From Monocercomonoides exilis PA203 (lineage: Eukaryota > Protista > Preaxostyla), in contig LSRY02000010.1 of assembly GCA_001643675.2 (NCBI GenBank), forward strand, positions 496,001-560,000: a stretch of DNA of 64,000 bases, given 5' to 3'. Made by a program: the position numbers and the translations under genes. Position 1 is the stretch's first letter. Each line of letters starts with the position of its first letter. Of the stretch, positions 63,101-64,000 are shown piece after piece. The notes beneath the pieces were generated by a model. The model did no database searches. It was not told the origin of the DNA and saw only the letters and a program-made list of their open reading frames with translations.

Positions 63101-63382
63101 GTTGTGGAGGTGAGAAGAGAACTGCTGGAGATATTTCCAGCGGAGGCAAGGATGGTGACGATGTCAGATGCGATTGGGGCAACTGGGATGATTGAAAATG
63201 GGGAAGAAGATGAAATTGAGGAAGAAGAGGATAAAGATGGAGATGCAGATGAAGGAGATGAAGATGAAGGAGAAGAGGAAGATAATGATGAGGAAGAAGA
63301 AGAAGAAGGTAAAGAAGGAAAAGAAGAAGAAAAGATTGCAAGAGCTTTTGAAGAAATGTGGAAAGGGATGAAAGGTGGCTGA
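54140..63382 (+). CDS. Giant single-pass receptor-like protein, paralogue of 3537-12767 (3,080 aa)
   Basis: Signal-like N-terminus MRNRVFVVLSFVASASILQC, GG[A/G][I/M] repeats, five GxD..CG...[PG]C linkers, TM IWLLVVIVLVVILLIVLIVSIILAV (~61931-62005), RWKAPELL..VFSIGMMLWECLTLKVPF..G.RP, and an acidic C-terminal extension. Confidence 0.9.
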   Translation: MRNRVFVVLSFVASASILQCQCMSLGSTIEDASSKEREQENEMIPACKYSFDHGVFEMKTFDTKNKEMNCSLKNGDSEGADERKEVLMKNKENKTKVRSNDPFDEKCEDCANTENLRVSGKGNGFGRSEMKGCVVLKNSSVLLRGLGMGCGDGKGIACAWSESEIAMDGCGVIVEGDVSPLDLKGSCATLVNISLKTSKTQFPQIPPLFASNPSEDRLQCFGRVSICSSRFSSMTLSSAPFLSSPSIESASLSNMVFSNISISPSSRGSVSASCWECSTLMDGCLFLSVCDVYDGGIIQSINSPLSSLVVSNTSFVWCCRTRNVEFIGSEDNKKSPGRQNLTDNGANTFTWCEWNGSKTTGNMDDFSDKASNGGAIFIHGLSSGSLSVKFCSFNDCTAYLCGGGIMCFIINSIKIENNSFNVCAAQTSFGGGMYVNSISSCVRISDCEFQRCAANSRGGGLYLDNFNVSGSNCIDSESDKGESACVFECSFTSCSVTTILGGGICCYNVPSAFKMRSIQFISCSAMSIGGGLRFDPNQQTAPRNNIYCYFFFFHDCRCSDSTPYGNDVFIQDTFNFFLSNNPFLESYTTNTNDRKVHYQYYNGNSWVDQHIEKKWWLKEWMKDRCVGVGGSDTNNLCGMSEAAPCKTVGHAVGLSMAQLSSTITALVGRHASEEKTISVGEKKISVVGKGKTVSVIGTNALSSSSTTLFSISSGQLEVEHVGIDHNATRSPSPSVFVVTDGSGSLSLEDVLISGIIGGSVISASVFEVALRQLKMVDVDIKNIKMNQPLFAEPSSAGSSSGESLLGNVTIRNVNRTEGDGAVMAKSVKERETFVVWNITMDGCECMNGNGGGIKVELEAPPSKVRIGDSTSHSGGATAFNRCSCRGYGGGVMLFLADNSFDFTISSVSFVGCSATSGGKDVYVNGSRLVSGTITATKLNFSRNVSIYDELMGYDRNEIGMGIFPLNVFLETFSGAAHVGKEVNGCGGYDSWFCGFGYFPCSTIAFAAQNRFSSSKKNIVLDPGFELGEVVSMAGSYEWEVYCGINKTNVNVKVPSGMTSSCLINVQSSSSIKNIGFQIPFSLSSATSLITSTSSSLTLTDCSVAHSSESTSSVNFGYSIVNAQSGSLNMERFVISGALVFGAHSAIEFCEGMTSVICSGCNISGVVKNSGDGGWMKGTVGTSGTLTVDGCNVNGCGCVGGNGGGMHIGLKGNGKVVVNGSSVIDGNKAENNGGNGGRGGGMFMLMESEVSRLTIGQNVEFLKDHGNMAEYGKDVFVHCGSGVFLESKVNTDTFAFFDSSTIPSDVLKLSGSENGDESGVIPLFVYLCTMGTKVIVDGSGGNGMDHNHCGFEKFGCLTVDYCANSRMSSTVNEIEIVSSSSITKEITGPSFGVSISGRITSSAGERMGVNVSDGGSATQDYLIGCSSSLTMRRLSFVVKGQLNSRRSAFIHSTSTLNVTNCSASFESGAMTDGKIGYSIIDMAGGNLIVDGFVMESSVILNGKSPISVTNGVKLEIMNSRVRGVEITGVDGGCLNVEIKEGGSVKIEGCNFSSTCSGGSGMKGGGMMISVGKGVNLEMKNVNLSECEVLSSEDVNGGRGLGGGMFAKFAEEIGSFAMEGMTFEGCNSWKGKNLFVSGCDLSEIVKKDHIKWEMSSEELGSLDELCGWERKTTGEGYVIPLVVYLWDNWSGNGFVSKEAGGDFSECGFSEAPCSSVDHLISLRYATLGEGETSISIVGSGLLQKSISLQSSSLSITPIVSIEGSEKGTVLKVREMDDEGIGESMITSNICLSFMNLSFSLPNELGKHLSFIQSYSSSSATLSIVSCSYICEDSTKETKYCLMKVDGGSVMIEDCSLSQFVLAKGFLEFAPEVDVIDVANLTISSTSISEKSLISLGEQAQESRWNKNGEVNSKTMMRMNSSTFTNITCEGNNPCAVNVDSFSVGMECVMEGCVLTKCMSEMSEEGGGVKVCLKGGESDLKVSGCSFVMCECSTVNGRGGGVMIDALDPNEGCIDTKIPPLGLRLENIRFVMNEAFVGKDMFIKCHSIAEQVNETLFVLDFSQDALKSNNSICGRDAVNEIDVDLIPLITFFHSAQVLVSVNGSDSRQCGAQNTPCRSISYCLKHIEKSLLNVMWIDGECLIGGECEVGDLNVKSLKRTYATIHFNTRIDETGSEGSAIVFLNECAVERCEFVFGESFEGVQESILKEKDGELEISECRFSSATMDLMMKNTIVSVESGELKISETIFDGICTSEPILSLTKEGTIVVFETNISEIVCESDVVCIGGKAEAEMKEVNFENISVVIEGSAMRLDRAEKEVSMLNCSFAKCRSTKEKGRMMEICECLDVRIGSCVFDGSENERNEYHLNEEEEMCRWDGSLVDVVKSSVMMKDTTISNSPDGGITIGGGEITVNDGRFENNNPSIEGYPSLRRNIICSDSGSLIITSLKGGDGVLPNSSLWMLNEGCSFEGIASERDSSLFIPVLESVEAKEETDRMKLTFKGLLLFPCNLSFSVVKKKGEEKEIEHYDFDSNGFFSEIEVEGSVAKDLISSCGDKTEVSVHVLFGNDESPSSTHSIVLKNASESQSSGNERIVEGGKEGKSIWLLVVIVLVVILLIVLIVSIILAVRWRKQKRRTEELEIIVEDNIKKDPKAFEMVTMEMSPEEQWRRAEREAEKKNEERIKKRIYDTNMQHSESSEHLLSESGSTEYILGKDSDKIPDWALEKEEEEETRKRTPSPSISSTSTTDSDSTFVRSESLCPTTSSMSNLVDAMACSSPHEKLIVDLRDSLFMLLHGRNKTKEMAIGTLQEREQTAAQILFWVANLALHSFDEMENGLSSLSTLSPHIVLFSEHMVICIVMHSDFSSDDDSDSSSISSSTIVTSASDNDDDRDSLPSSAFEEEDDNMKECMRWKAPELLMNKKMGATKKSVVFSIGMMLWECLTLKVPFGEYEAAIAGQKIMNGERPDVEGIRGSGLFGVVGSCISAQGKDRPGVVEVRRELLEIFPAEARMVTMSDAIGATGMIENGEEDEIEEEEDKDGDADEGDEDEGEEEDNDEEEEEEGKEGKEEEKIARAFEEMWKGMKGG

Positions 63383-64000
63383 TGAAGAGAATTATTGGAG
63401 ATGAAATGTGGAAAAGAAAAGATGTGGATTTGGGTGTAATTGGAGACTGGTTGGAGGAAGAGTGGAGTTGGGAAAAGAACAGGGATGCAAGATTTTTTTT
63501 GGTGTTAGAAGAGGGTGAAAAAACAGGAAAGATGATGTTTTGTGAAAACGAGGGTGAGTTGCTTGATAAAGCAGGAGAGGAAGGCAGCAAGCCGTTTGTA
63601 TGTTTTATGTTGGGATTTGTGCATTGTCGAATGAGGAGAATGAAAAAGAGATGTGGGCGTTGAGGGTTTCTGTTTTGTTGTTTGGGGTGCGGATGCTGAC
63701 CTATTTTGTGGGTGGGCATTGGCTGATTTGGCTTGCGATTCATTTTTGAACATTTTGATTTTTCAGAAGCAGAGTGTGTATGTATTTCACTTCGCCAATA
63801 TGTATTGAATCCTTTCTATGTTTTCTGATCATTGTTGTGTTTGTGTATGTATTTATTCATATTTTTTTGTCAGCACTTTCATTATTGCATGTGCAAGCGT
63901 TTTCTGTTCTGTTTTTGAGATATTGTGTTGTGTATGTTGTTTTCACAACAAAAGATATAATCATGCGAATTGCGTGAAAAAATAAATGGTGATCACTGTA

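Noticed and set aside
1-64000. Genome-wide alternative genetic code (TAR=Gln or TGA=Trp)
   Set aside because: Five ORFs of 1,800-3,800 codons contain no internal stops, and genes end in TAG (3537), TAA (41587) and TGA. Internal stops occur only in decayed loci.
1-64000. CRISPR arrays, rRNA or tRNA genes
   Set aside because: No regularly spaced repeat-spacer array or recognisable structural RNA signature was seen by eye. A covariance-model scan would be needed to exclude small RNAs.

Overview
AT-rich, intron-containing eukaryotic protist DNA. The gene families, short GT-AG introns and standard genetic code are most consistent with an oxymonad such as Monocercomonoides (inference, not database-checked). 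The window holds five very large genes. Two are paralogous ~3,050-aa single-pass receptor-like proteins (3537-12767 -, 54140-63382 +) with Cys-rich GG-repeat (beta-helix-like) ectodomains and a nearly invariant cytoplasmic tail carrying only a kinase C-lobe. One is a ~1,860-aa low-complexity coiled-coil protein (13567-19364 +). One is a 4,028-aa EH-domain/acidic/charged-helix/IQ-like protein assembled through a 29-nt microexon (20024-32250 -). It sits head-to-head with a 3,046-aa member of an uncharacterised giant family I recall from protists and some bacteria (32447-41587 +). There are also two decayed Merlin (IS1595/ISXO2-like) DNA transposons with TIRs (1259-2665; 45384-47077, the latter with a perfect 8-bp TSD). 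A 240-bp MITE with 72-bp TIRs and an ATAT TSD is nested in the second Merlin. The rest comprises a 3-exon helical-repeat family gene (47726-49159 -), a 3' gene fragment at the left edge, and several pseudogene remnants. No rRNA, tRNA or CRISPR was seen.
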